Assembly: GCA_016748015.1 (NCBI GenBank)
Contig: JAAOMT010000502.1
Coordinates: forward strand, 813,894-877,893
DNA from: Geosiphon pyriformis uo1
Taxonomy: Eukaryota; Fungi; Glomeromycota
DNA: 64,000 bases
Direction of reading: 5' to 3'
In this document: piece after piece, positions 1 through 13,396 of the stretch
How positions within the stretch are numbered: the first letter of the stretch is position 1
Layout of the letters: every line of letters begins with the position of its first letter
Notes under the pieces: generated by a model
The model's database searches: none
What the model was told of the DNA's origin: nothing
What the model saw: only the letters and a program-made list of their open reading frames with translations
Translations under genes and position numbers: made by a program

Positions 1-3000
1 CTCCCCGGAATGTCGTTCCACATTTCTTTGTCGAGAAGAGTTTCTCTACAGGCTATACATAATGTATTATTCCATTTTCCCACTCGTTTTGGTCTTCCAA
101 AATGTTTGACACAGCATGCATGGCAATAGAACTTGGTTGCCATCTGATATTCTTCATCGTCACCACAGCATGCACTCATTGACGACAATTTCTTGCCGCA
201 ATCAACGCATATCAATTTGGGTCAGTGATAGGTTAATGATTGTTGTTGACCATAGGTGTATGGGATATAAGTGTTGTTGGCTTGAGTGTTTTCTTCCTCC
301 CTCTCTTTCCCTTTTCCCTTTTCTTCTTTCTACTCCTAACTCAATGGTTCTTCCTGTTTGTTGTCAGTTCAGATCAAATTGTCTGTTTCCCAGGTCAGTT
401 CCTCTTTTTGCTTTTCCTTAGGGTTGTCATTCCACGAGAATATCAGTAGTAGTTTGTTGTGATCAGCATCAGCCCAGAAGACTTGGTAAGCTTTCCAGGT
501 AGGTTTCTCTTTCTTCTCCTCCAGTTTGATCAATAGTTTCTCTCTTGGAGGAGTCTTGAAATGGCCACATGTGGCTGGTACACATATGTATCAGCCCTGA
601 TATGTTAGCTGGAGTTCCAGTCTAATGTCACATTAACTTTGGATAGTCAGTCATTACCAACAAGAGCTTGGTATTGAGTGACTTCCATTACTAGAACTTT
701 AATGAGAGTCATGATGCCATTGACTTCGAAAGGAAAGTTGTCAATTTCGCCAATTGGAGTTTTGGTTGCTTCATCAGTTGTGATGATTCTGGCGCTGGCA
801 GCTTGATCAACTCAGCAACCTAATTGATCCATAAGTTGTTATGTGATGATGCTGTCTGCTAAACCACTGTCAAGGATCAATTTGATGAATTGTCCCTCAA
901 CTTTGACATCAGTGTACATTATGGTAATTGGTTTGGCTTCAAGAGCGGCTCCACTAAATAATAGCATTGCAGTTGTTTCCTTGAATTTGAATGGGAATAT
1001 AGTAGCCAAAGACTCATCTTCGGTAATGGTAACAGGTGGGATATTACTGGTAAGTAGTTGTTTTTGGGCGAATGCTGGGTTATTAGTTGAGGCATCTTCT
1101 GGAGTGACCAGGAGACTTAAATAGTTCTGGAAATTTGGGTTCTGGGGTTGACCAGCACCCAAATTCTGCTGGCATAATCCAGATGATTGCTGTGAAGAAC
1201 TGGGGATTGGTTGATGGACTACTATCGCCAATCACCAGCTCTGTTGAGTCATTTTTGGTCTTTGGGTTTCATTGAGTGGTAAGCTTTGGGGTGGTGTTTG
1301 GATTTGTTGGGGCTGATAGATTATTTGTGGCTGTGGTTGTTGATAAATTACTTGTGGCTGCAGTTGATAGATTAGAGCTTGATACACCGGAGATTAATAA
1401 ACTGATGACTGTATCACTGGTAAATAAGCGGATTGGTTTTGATTTGGGTACTGATTTGGAGTTTAAAACTGGCGATTGGGGTTTCGATATTGATTTCCCG
1501 ATCATTGGTTATTTAAACGCTGACAACAGTCAATTTGGATATGTCCTTGTTTACCACAATAGTGGCAGATACACGTTTCCTGTTGCCACTGTTGATTGGT
1601 CGATGAAGATAGACATGGTTGATTTTGGGCATGATTAGAGTTTCTTTGATTATTGCGTCATTGTGGAGGCTAATAAATGGCGTGATTGTCAGCTAAGTAT
1701 CCTTCCAATCTCTTATTAATTGATTCACTGAACTTCTCCAATTTGGAATCCAATTCAGATGATTCATTCATTACTAGATTAACGGCTTGGGCATGGTTAG
1801 CCTCTGACTCAGCGGATTCAAAATCTCTGGTACATGTGACTGTGTCTTAAAAGGTGCCTGGATGCAACAGATGTACATGTTGTAAGATGCTGCTGCGCAG
1901 GCCATGGATAAACTGGTTGAGTATCTGTGGGGCTGTGAAATAGTTGGCATTAATTGCTTGAATTTGGTGCAGGTTTTGATGAAAGTGTCCCAAGTAAGTG
2001 GTGACCACTTCAGTTTCTCCTTATTTCATGGTGGTAAATGTATTGACTAGGTGATTGATGCTGTTATTGTTGCTGAAGTATCTTAGGAATTCCACTTTAA
2101 AGGCATTAAAATCTTATGGTTTATTAACCAAGCTCTAATACCATGAATTGGCAGTATTCTTGAGAAAGTAGGGAATGGCTTGCATTGCCTGGATGTCATT
2201 CCATCCATTGGCTGTAATGGCCTTTTCTACATCATTTAGCCATGCTTGAGCATCGTCCTCTTCGCCAGTAAAGTTGTCAAGTTTTGTGATTGGTGCGTAG
2301 GCCATTGGATCTAAGTTAGGTGGTTGTGGTGGCTGTTGAAGCAGTTGTTGTTGTACTGGTTGTTGGGATGGTAGTTGAAGTGGCTGTTGTATGGGTTTGG
2401 CTATGGGATTAATCAGTAGTTGATCAATGACAATTACTAGAGATAAGTTTTGCTGATTAATTAATTCAGAGTTTGGGTTGTTCTGCCTTTGATGATTCGG
2501 AGTTTCGATTTCCAAATTTTTTAGATTTAGATTTTGCTAAGTTTGAAAATTCAGGGTTTCAACTTCTGGGTTTTCAATGATTGGGTGTTGGTAAGTGAAT
2601 TCTTGATCCTCTGATTCTTCTTCCTCTTTTTCTGATTCTGCTGCTTCCCACAGATTAGAGATTCTGAAATCTGGTGGAGGCGGTGGTGATTGAAGTCCTA
2701 ATGGGATTGATGATCGCGAATTAAATCTCTCAAAGTATTCACCATATGGTCCTAATAATTCTGTTTTCCTTTGTCTACTTTGGAATGGGAATTGTCCAAA
2801 TACTGATGTCGCAGTTGATAGGAATGCATCTGTTGATAATATGTTGATGGCACTTCCAGGTGTATAGTGGTAGGATGGGTTGCTTGGGAATTCAATTCTG
2901 TTTTTTTTCCAAGTAGATGGCTGTATTTTTCTGGATGTTACTGCTGGTGTTTGTAGTTTTCTCTTGCCTTTATTAACGTATGTAATTGGATATCTTTGTT

Positions 3001-3286
3001 GAGTGTAGTGTTCAATTTCTTTGTTGATCTCAGTGATGATGGATGTGAAATTATGATTTGTTGGTAGGTTGGTGTTTTGAATTAACTCCCTATAGAAAGT
3101 TTCTTTTGCTGATTCAGTATTCACTGGTGTTCCTAATAAAGAGGAAATCTTTTCGTTGATGTAGAAATTGAAGGCTGATTCGGCAGATATATGATTGTGG
3201 TTTAATCCCAAGTATTGACAATAGTATTGAAATAAGGATTTTGCAAATCCTAAATGGTTTGCTCCTATATTTTCTGATTCTGCCAC
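1..3286 (-). pseudogene. B1 gag-protease part of gag-pol, disrupted by stops
   Basis: ORF-track fragments 2537-3286, 2135-2515 and 839-1231; homologous to B2 55562-59900. Confidence 0.85.
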
Positions 3287-3330
3287 TTTTGGATGGTGTT
3301 TGTTGGTGCTGGTTCTCTGTAGGATTATAT

Positions 3331-3346
3331 TTCACAGGAAGCACCA
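3331..3346 (-). promoter_or_regulatory. Primer-binding site of B1 (TGGTGCTTCCTGTGAA), 2 nt from the LTR end
   Basis: Starts with TGG (complement of tRNA CCA) directly after the LTR end ...CTGTAACA; same motif at 55501 and in family A. Confidence 0.8.
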
Positions 3347-3348
3347 AA

Positions 3349-4223
3349 TGTTACAGGTGATTATTTCTACTGTTGAATTAAATAACAAACCCGTAACTTG
3401 GTGCTCAAAAGCTACTTCCATGGATGAGATTCTGCAAGTGTTGTATCTGAAGGTTTTGATGAAGTCTTTTGTATAATAGACAGAGATTCAATAGTGCCAA
3501 TAGTAGATGTATCTTTCTAAGAGTTTTTCTAATTTTTTTCTCAGCGTGGTGGCCAGATTTAGTCTGGCAGTCATGCCTTTCTAGTAAGCTATCCGATAAT
3601 ATATAAAATCTTACACTTATTTCTGGGTCTTTTACCAGGCTATCCTTGACATTAATAACTCAGTGCTTAATCTTTTAATCAATTAGTATACAACAACAAA
3701 ATTAAAAAAAGAAAGAAAATAAAATAAAGAAAATAAAAAATAAAGAAAATAGAGAAAATAAGCCAAGGCAATTTGGTATGTTAGTATCTCGTCAATAGTC
3801 ATGATCAAAAACTATTGTTCCAGTGTGGTTAAGTATCAATTACTATCAACATGAAGTATTAATAGTAGAGAGTGGGTTGAGATATGAAATAATTATTTAT
3901 TTAATGATTGGGAACTGGAATGTTGTTTAGATTAAATTTAAACTAAGAGGTCTGTCTTTTCAGCTTCTAATCCTACTGCTATATATACATAATTGAAATT
4001 TCTCAATTCCTCAATTCTTTGCAACAGGAATCCTGGGATTCCTGAAATCCTGCAATTCCTGATAAAAGGAATCCTGGAATTCTGGAATCCTGCAATTCCT
4101 CATCAGGAAATCCTGCAATTCCTCTGAGAGGAATTCTGGAATTTCACATTTACTATGTCTACTTCTGATTGGCTAATATCTACTGACTAATAATACTATA
4201 TTTTCTATATTCTATGAGTAATA
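3349..4223 (-). repeat. Family B 5' LTR (~875 bp)
   Basis: On the - strand it begins TATTACTCATAG (TG mutated to TA) and ends CTGTAACA; homologous to 54722-55498; GGAATCCTG/CAATTCCT repeat array at ~4005-4145. Confidence 0.85.
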
Positions 4224-7200
4224 CCAGTTTATTTCTTTCTTGATGAACTCATTATTTTGGCAATTGGATTGGTAAGACTTCAAATGGATGGGGCAAGTTT
4301 TTCTGGTAGTAATGGTGTATTGTATCACATGGGTTCGTCCTAGGGTATCACCTTCTTTTTAGATAACTGGGCTGTTTCTTGTCAACAGATTTTCAATGTC
4401 TATTTTTTTTTCTTCTGGGGAGGGTTCTCTTTGTTTTACTACTAATAATTAGATTTTAGGTGGTTCATTTTCAAAGGACTTCTGTACTTTTTTTAATTCA
4501 TCTCTAGGTATCAAACTGATTGGTTCCCAATCTTTGTAATAGATCAGACATGATTTGTATTCATTACTTGGAGAATACAAGAGTTGGTTGCACTAGTACT
4601 GGGCACAAGGACCATGTTACCAATAACAGTACTTGGCTTTCTTGTCAGGCTTTTGGTCAAAGGTTTTTCTAAGAATATCATAGTAGGGCCAGCAAATCAG
4701 CTTGCCATTCACAATGATTCCTTCTTTGTCAGCTTTGACATTGTCTAGAGGCTTGCCATTGTTGGTGAAAGTAGTGTATATGAGTTCAGCAGTTTCTTTT
4801 TGTTCCTCTTGTTCTTTTTCTTTGTTACTCTCTTCATCATCTAATTCATCCAATTGTTTTTTTTCTTGATTTTGTTTGTTTACTGGGGGAGTTGTCCAAT
4901 GGCTGCACTTAACTATTATGGGCTTCTCACCACATTTTATGGTTAGTTCACACAGCTCATAGTCAAGTAGTGCTTTGGCTTTCTTAAGCCATTTATTGCC
5001 AACAATTATGGTGTATTTTTTGGCTTCTGATATTTTTATGTCAGTTTCAATGCTGATGCCATTAATTCAAACAGGAACAGCTTTGACTATACCCAGACCT
5101 TTCTTCTTGTCACCATGTATATTGGTCATTGGTTAAGTAGAGGGCTCATCAATCTTTCTACCAATTGCTTCAAGGAAGTGTTTGGCAATGACACTGACAG
5201 ATGATCCACTGTCTAAAATTAGATCAATGAAATAACCAGCCACTTGAACTTTGCAAATCAGAGGAGTGACATTGCTGTTGTTAGCAAGTCCAGCTTGTCG
5301 AGAACATTTGTTGGTCTTTGGTGTTTTTTTCTTGGGAATTAGAGATTTGCAGAGATCTTTTTTGAATTATGGGTGGATCATTAGTTGGCCAAAGATAATG
5401 TGTGCAGGAGTTTCCATAAGATCTTTGACAATAGAATAAGGACCAAATTTTTGTACTATTTCTGGGGGTTCCAACTTTAGAAGATTCTTAAAAACTTTAG
5501 TCTTTGGTGGCTCATTGTTATCAGCAGTGGATGTGGATGGTTTGTTTGGGTCCAAAACGAAATCAACCTTGGCTTTCTTCTTCTTTCTGGTTGATTCTGA
5601 AATGTTAATTGCTAGTTCATCCATGTTGTGGTCATCATTAGTTATGTTAAAAGTGTAAAAGGGGTTTTCTTCTGGTTGGCTTGCATTCTCACTCTTTGGA
5701 GGTGTGTCTACCAGTTTAAAGGCTAATAAACAGTGGCTTCAACTAGGGAATCCTCTCCAAAAAAATTAATGTTTGCATAATTGGTCCTTTGATTGGGAGC
5801 ATTATTGTTGTTAAGTCTATTGTTCTGATTCATTATTTCTGGGGGCTGGAAAAGGCAAGGAAAGATTGTTGTAATTTCTTGAGAAATTTCCAGTTAATCC
5901 ACATCTATAACACACAAGAGGGCCACAATTTTGCTGTCTTTGATATGGTGATTGCTGGGGCTGGTTAAAACAGTTTTCAAATCTGGGTCTTTGTAGTTGC
6001 TGATTATCTCTAACTGCTTGGGCTAATGATTCTAATAGCTGAGCAAGGTTAGCTGTAAGTCTATTTATTAATTGTTCATTTAAATCTTGAGTTTGGGCAG
6101 CAAAAGAAGTAGCAGCCATTTGTGGAGCAGGAGCCATAACAAGAACAGGAGCAAAAACTGGGAGTGTGGATTCCAAATGCATTCTTTGATTGTCTTCAAT
6201 CCTTTGGGCAAGTTCAATGGCCATGTCTATTGTAGGGTTGTCTTTTAAAGCCAGGAGAAACCAAAAAGCATAAGAAAGATCAGTTTTTAATTCTTTTGTG
6301 AAAGAGTGAATCTTTTGTTTTTCTGTCCAGTTTCTTCCAGAATCTACTCATTTAATTAACTTTCTTATTACTTTAGCATATTCAATTACTACTTCTCCTG
6401 GGCCTTGGGTTCTTCTTTCCAATTCTATTCACCACTTGGATATCAAGATTGGAGTTCTGAACTTATTTTCAAACCAGATAGTGAAAGAAGTGTTTTCTTC
6501 TCCAGCATTTGTTGGTGCCCATCTAATTATTCTTTGGTAAGCACCAGCATCAGTTTTTTGTAAGAACCAAGTTGCAGGAGAGCCCTGGAGATAACCACCA
6601 ACAATTTAGAACTTGTACTTATTGTTATATTGATTGGCTGTAACAGCTCTCTTAAAATCATCTAACCATTCAATTGGATCTTGTGCATCACCTCTGAATA
6701 ATGGTAGTGAGGTATTGTTTCTTTGCTCTAAAGCAGTTGTATGTCTTGAAGGGCAATCAGAATGTTTTGTTGTATGGAGTCATTAGCCATTGGTTCAGGT
6801 GTAACTGTTTGTGTAGATGAATCTGATTTACTTGATAAAAAGTCAAAAACAGGAGCAGTTTGGTAGCTTTCTTCTTCTGTTTCAAAAGAAGTTTCAGTTA
6901 CTTGATGGACAGCCATCCAAGTGTGAATTTAATGATTCAGATATTCGAAATCAGGGGGCTGTTGTTCAAAGGTAGTGGAGTATAAAAGCTGATCGATACT
7001 ATTGTTTCTTTTTTTAAAGTTGTCTTCAAAATAAGCTTAGTTAAAGTAATGGATTGTGTAGGCTGTATAGGTTCAGCTGAATGTTCATTCAGGAACCAGT
7101 TCCAAAAGTCTTGGAATTGTCTACTGGATTGTTCTTCAATGAAGAAGCAAATCAAGCAGGAGAGCAAAGGATTGAGTTCAATAAAGTCTAAATCATTTTT

Positions 7201-8049
7201 GTTATGTGCTTCAAAGTGTTTTTCTGATTGTTGTGGTAGGTATAAATAATCACCCATATAATAGAAAACAAAGTGGATTTTGACAACCTCACAGAGAGTA
7301 CCACTTTTATGTTATGGGTTGGAGTAACAAGCTAACAAATAGCAAGGGAGAACAGGATTGTAGGGTAATGGAAATAATCAAAGGGAATTCAACTTCAAAG
7401 AGCAAATTGAATAAGTATAGATTTAATGTGCAAGATCAGTCTCATAAAATATCTCAGTTACTATTCTTTTTAAAGGTAACTGGAAAATCTGAAGATAGAG
7501 GAATAGTCTGTACTGTCAACAATTAATCATCACTGGTATAATTCTATGTCTTACATCAGCACTCTTAGAATTTAATATCAGGTATCAACTTGTGCTTTTC
7601 AGTCATGTTTATTCAAATAATCTTCAAATACTACAATTATATATGTCAGAAAAAGGCCAACAAGTAATTTTTTATCTTTTAAGATGTTCAGATACTTAAA
7701 GATAGAGAAAGAGAATTTTTAGTGATCAGAGAAAGATTAAGATAAAAGTTGTTATTTTATTTATTCTTGATTAATCAGATGCTTGTTATTACATACTTTT
7801 CTACAGCTAAGAGACTCATCACTTATATAGCTATTGAAAGTGGTTAATGACCAGGTCAATAATCAAGTCAATGATCAGGTCAACAGTCAGGTCATTGATC
7901 AGGTTATTGATCAGATCAATAATCAGGTCAACAGTTAGGTCATTGATCAGGTCAATGATCACTATCTATAAATAGAGTAGGTAATTTATATAACATCAGT
8001 GGCTAATACATGTGATAACTAATAAAAACTATGAATTTTAATCATAACA
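4224..8049 (-). mobile_element. Family A Ty3/Gypsy copy A1 (5' LTR, gag, protease, start of RT), interrupted by B1
   Basis: LTR 7310-8049, PBS 7287-7303, gag ATG at 7257 (MGDYLYLP...), zinc knuckle CYRCGLTGNFSRNY, colinear with A7. Confidence 0.9.
7310..8049 (-). repeat. Family A 5' LTR of A1 with an expanded 12-bp U3 repeat
   Basis: TGTTATG...CATAACA termini; about 9 units of GATCAGGTCAAT at ~7846-7962. Confidence 0.9.
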
Positions 8050-9443
8050 CCACAAAGGAGCAAATCATTAAAATACTGATGCTCTTTCTAGACTTACTAT
8101 TCAGTAATATTACAATCTCTTAAACCAAACCAACTTAATTATTAGTAACTTCTTTACAAACAAACATGATAATGGACTTGGACAACTACTCTGCCTTAAT
8201 AAAATTTTTGGGTAAAAGATAATACCCACCAGAATACACTCAACAGCAAAGAGAACATTTGCACAAACAATCAAATTTCTATTTGATCTGCCAGAACCAA
8301 TTATATAAAAGAAACAGAAAAGATTTTAACTGCCCCCAAAGAATCATCAGATTTGAAAAAAAAAAATTGTAATATACAACATGCATACTGACCCATTAGC
8401 TGGACACTTTGGAAAAACAAAAACAATTCAGAAAACTTTAGCTTATTATTATTGGCCTACCTTGGGAAAAAACATTGCTGAATACATCAAAACCTGTGAC
8501 ATCTGTCAAAGAAGAGATAAATCCAATCACAAAGAAGATATTTATTCAATCTCTGTTGGTCAACCATTTAACAGAATTGGTATAGATGTTGTTAGACTTT
8601 TAACAATAACTTCTGATGGCAACAGATACATTATCACAGCTACTGACTATCTTACAAAGTGGGTAGAAGCAAGAGCCACCTCAGACCAAACAGCAGTCTC
8701 AATAGCCAATTTCATTTATGAAGATATTATTTGCTGTCATGACTGCCTCAAAGAACTTTTATCTGATAGAGGAAGAGCTTTTCTCAGTACACTGGTTGAA
8801 GAACTTTGCAGAAAAATAAGAATATGTCACAAACTTTCTTCTCCTTATTATCCCCAAACAAATGGTCTAGTGGAACATTTCAATAAAACATTATGTAAAA
8901 CCCTAGCCAAAACCAGTAAAGAAACAAACTTATGAGACAAAGTACTGCCTTCAGTTTTGTTTGCTTATAAAACTGACATAACAAGTTATGAACTTTTTTA
9001 TCTGCTCTATGGATGCATAGCAACACTACCAATAGAAATTGACATTGAGACAATACTCTTTGAAGAAATCACAATAAAAAATTACAAAGACATTTTGCAA
9101 AGAAGACTTGGTACTATTCTTGATTTCTTGGTAGAAGTATGGATAATTGCCTTTAAAAAGATAAAGCAGTTCTAAGAAAAGCTTAAGAAAAAAAAAACTT
9201 ATAAAACACTTTCCTTAAGTGTTAGTAACTTAGTATTGGAATATTGCTCAGACAGAGACAATGTTTATGATAATAAATTCTTTAGCCAGTGGAAAAGATC
9301 TTTTATAGTCAACAAAGATTTGAACAATGGTTCTTATATTCTTCAAAATCAATCCAGAACAATCTTCAATGATCATCCTGTTTATGGTACATAACTCAAG
9401 AAATATCATAAATAATCTGATTGGTTGCCTGTTGTGGTAATAT
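8050..9443 (+). mobile_element. Family A copy A2 fragment: end of RNase H plus integrase (pseudogene); host of A1 and A3
   Basis: ORF 8381-8935 has the integrase HHCC (H-x5-GH...CDICQ) and core (RIGIDV, LSDRG, PQTNGLVE). Confidence 0.9.
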
Positions 9444-10126
9444 TGTTATGGGTTGGAGTAACAAGCTAACGGATAGCAAGAGAGAACAGAATTGTAGGGT
9501 AATGAAAGGAATCAAAGAGAATTCAACTTCAAAGAGTGAATTAAATGAGTATGGATTCAATGTGCAAGATCAGTTTCATAAAATATCTCAGTTGCTGTAT
9601 TTTTCTAAAGATAACCGGAGAATTTAAAAGTAGAGGGATAGTCTGTAATGTCAACAAATGATCACACACTGGTATAATTCTATGTCTTATATCAGCACTC
9701 TTAGAATTCAATATCAGATATCAGATGTACTTTTCAGTCACATTTTATTCAATAGTCTTTAAATGCTGCAATTACACATTTCAGGAAAAGGGTAAAGAAT
9801 AACCAACAAGTAATCTTTTATTCCAAGATGTTCAGATATGTGAAAGTAGGAAAAGAAAAATTAGCAATAAGAGAATGATTAAGATAAAAGTTGTTATTTT
9901 ATTTATTTGATTTCTATATGTTTTTCTACAACTAAGAGATTCATTATTTATATAGCTATTAAAAGTAGTCAATAATCAGATTAATGATCAGGTCAATAAT
10001 TAGGTCAATGGTCAGGTCATTAATCAGATCAATAATTACTTTCTAAAAATAGAGTGGCTAATTTATATAACATCAGTGACTAATACATGTGATAATTAAT
10101 AGAAAGTATAAGTTTCAACCATAACA
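9444..10126 (-). repeat. Family A 3' LTR of A3
   Basis: TGTTATG...CATAACA termini; purine tract (GGAAAGAATGA on the - strand) abuts it. Confidence 0.9.
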
Positions 10127-10752
10127 TCATTCTTTCCAAAGAGATTGAGCTCTGACAAAATCAAGCTATTTATGAAGTAATCTATTTGAAAAGTTTTATC
10201 TAACTCAAAGCTAACTAGTTTGTTGAAGTTTTTTGTGAATAAGGTATATAATATTTAAGGTGAAATGAGTTTTGTATTCAAGAAACCAAATCTTTGTATT
10301 AGAGGTTTGGCTTTTTTAGCAATAATTAAAACTCTTGAGACATCTAACCATATAATACCCAAAATTTCTGCCTGTATCTCTGAAGTTGTTTTCTTCATGA
10401 GTTTCATGTTTTCTATGATTTCACCAAGGTGACTATAGAGTTCTAATTGCCTTCCATATGACAAGTTTTTGTTTATGGGTAAGATTTCTTGGAATGTTTT
10501 TTCAATTGTGTTGAAAAGTAGAAGTATAGCTGCTGTTATACTTTTCAACAGATATTTATCCATTTTACTACCAATTTTTTCTCTTCTGGTAGTAGTTTTC
10601 TTTGGTCTAATAACAGTATGTGTTCCACAGTTATCAGTTATTGTGGTTTGTTTTCCAATGTTCAGAGTAGCATTTGGATAGTTTTTGATCCAATACTCAT
10701 GGAAAGTATAGAAGGTGTTTTGAATGTTTTGATTCAGAAAATAATTGTTCAT
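10096..10752 (-). pseudogene. Family A ORF3 (unknown function), copy in A3, with internal stops
   Basis: 657 nt, same length as and homologous to the intact copy at 47235-47891. Confidence 0.8.
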
Positions 10753-13396
10753 GTTGATTGAAGATACTTCTGTTTTGGAAATAGTGGATTTATTTATACT
10801 TGATTTTTGCTAATCAATTGAGTTGGTATTATCACAACAGGCAGCCAATCAGGTTATTTATAATATTTCTTGAGTTATGTACCATGAACAGGATAATCAT
10901 TGAAGATTGTTTTGGATTGATCTTAAAGAATATAAAAACCATTGTTCAAAACTTTGTTGACTATAAAAAATTTTTTCTACTGGCTAGAGAATTTATTACC
11001 ATAGACATTGTTTCTGTCTGAATGGTATTCTAATACCAAATCACTAACACTTAAAGAAAGTGTTTTATAGGTTTTCTTTTTTTTAAGCTTTTCTTGAAAC
11101 TGTTTTATCTTTTCAAAAGCAATTATTCATGCTTCTACCAAGGAGTCAAGAATGGTATCAAGTCTTCTTTGCAAAATGTCTTTGTAATTTTTTATTGTGA
11201 TTTCTTCAAAGAGTATTGTCTCAATGTCAATTTCTATTGGTAGTGTTGCCATGCATTCATAGAGCAGATAAAAAGGTTCATAACTTGTTATATTATGATT
11301 TACAGTTTTATAAGCAAACAAAACTGAAAACAGTACTTTGTTTCATAAGTTTGTTTCTTTACTGATTTTGGCTAGGGTTTTACATAATGTTCTATTGAAA
11401 TATTCCATTAGACCATTTGTTTGGAGGTGGTAAGAAGAAGAAAGTTTGTGACATATTTCTATTTTCCTGCAAAGTTCTTCAACCAGTGTACTGAGAAAAG
11501 CTCTTCCTCTATCAGATAAAAGTTCTTTGGGACAGCCATGACAGCAAATGATATCTTTATAAATGAAATTGGCTATTGAGACTGCTGTTTGGTCTGGGGT
11601 GGTTCTTGCTTCTACCCACTTTGTAAGATAGTCAGTAGCTGTGATAATATATCTGTTGCCATCAGAAGTTATTGTTAAAAGTCTAACAACATCTATACCA
11701 ATTCTGTCAAATAGTTGACCAACAGAGATTGGATGAATATCTTCTTTGTGATTGGGTTTACTTCTTCTTTGACAAATGTCACAGGTTTTGATGTATTCAG
11801 GAATGTCTTTTCCCAAGATAGGCCAATAATAATAAGCTAAAGTTTTCTGAATTGTTTTTGTTTTTTCAAAGTGTCTAGCTAATGAGTCAGTGTACATGTT
11901 GTATATTACAATTTTTTTTTCTTTAAATCTGATGACTCTTTGGGGTCAGTTAGGATCTTTTCTGTTTCTTTTATATAATTGGTTCTGGTAGATTAAATAG
12001 AAATTTGATTGTTTGCGCAAATGTTCTCTTTGCTGTTGAGTGTATTTTGGTAGGTATTGTCTTTTACCCAAAAATTTTATTAAGGCAGAGTAGTTGTCCA
12101 AGTCCATTATCGTGTTTGTTTGTGAAAAAGTTACTAATAATTAAGTTGGTTTGGTTTGAAAGATTGTACTATTACTGGATGGTAAGTCTAGAAAGAGTGT
12201 TAACATTTTGATGATTTGCTTCTTTGCAGTGTTGAATATTATAGTCAAATTTATCTAAGTGGAGTATCTAGCAAGTTATTTATTTATGTTCCAGCTTCTT
12301 TTTAATGTGCAGCCAAACCAAGACTTAATGATCTGTTACCACTAAAAATTTTGCACCAAAGAGATATTGATCCCAGTAACTAGTAGCTCAAACTACTGCT
12401 AAACATTTTTGTTCAGTTACTGAGTAGTTCTTTTCTACTGGTGTAAGGGATTTACTGGCATATGCTATGGTATGTTCTCTGCCATTTTCATCTTTCTGTG
12501 AAAGAACAGCACCAAGTCCATAGCCAAATGCATCAGTGTGAAATATAAAATGTTAGTCCAGATCAGATTGCTTGAGAATTGGTTTAGTAACAAGTTTTTT
12601 CTTCAAAATTTCAAAAGCTTTTTGTTGATAAGTGCCCCAGTAATAATTGACATTTTTTTTAAGTAGCTAATTAAGAGAAAAAGCAATTTTGGAGAAATTT
12701 TTAATAAAGTTGTGATAATAAGAGACCAAACCAAGAAAAAAGCATAGTTTAGGAACATTCATTGATTGTCTAATGTTCTGAACTTTTTCAACTTTAGCTG
12801 GATCAGGAAAAATTCTATCTTTTGTAATAAGATGACCAAAAAACTGGGTGGATTGGCATTCAAAGAAAGATTTGATTGGATTGATCTTAAGGCCAGCATT
12901 TCTGAGCAGGTCAAAAATCTTCTGTAAATATTTAAGGTATTTATTCCAGGTTTTTAAATATACCATTATGTCATCCAAGTAAACCAGAACAAAGTTTTTT
13001 TTTACTGATTCAAACTCTTTATCCATTAGGCATTGAAAGGTGAGAGGAGCATTGATAAAACCAAAAGACATGACTGTGAATTCATAAGTATCATACTTGG
13101 TGATGAAAGCAGTTTTTTTTCTGCTTTTAGATTCATCTCTACTTGCCAGAATCCAGCAGTTAAGTCAATGGTTGAGAAGAAAGCAGTGCCATTGAATTTA
13201 TCTAGCATTGCATCAATTTTAGGGAGTAGATATATGTATCTTATAGTAATGGTGATAGTCAACACAGAAGCATAGAGTTCCATTTTTCTTGGATACCACT
13301 ACAACTGGAAAAGCCCATTCACTCTTGGTTTCTTGTATGAATCCAAGATCTTTCATCCAGTTTATTTTTTTCTTAATAAACTCATCATTGTGTCGA

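Larger units (their letters stand above)
1..4223 (-). mobile_element. Ty3/Gypsy LTR retrotransposon family B, copy B1 (5' part; runs off the left window edge), inserted into the RT region of family A copy A1
   Basis: 5' LTR 3349-4223, PBS, gag (capsid 'PITKLDNFTGEEDDAQAWLNDVEKAITANGW'), protease 'IKLILDSGLADSII' near 860-900, Cys-rich segment near 1-250. Colinear with B2 (54722-64000). Family A RT sequence resumes at 4224 (CCAG). Confidence 0.9.

Noticed and set aside
7314-7526. Recurrent antisense LTR ORFs (MGWSNKLT..., MITTGIIL...; also at 9421, 41149, 48080)
   Set aside because: Recurrence is explained by LTR homology; lengths and frames vary between copies; no motif
7846-7962. 12-bp periodic repeats as a CRISPR array
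   Set aside because: Head-to-tail units without unique spacers, inside an LTR, eukaryotic context, no cas genes
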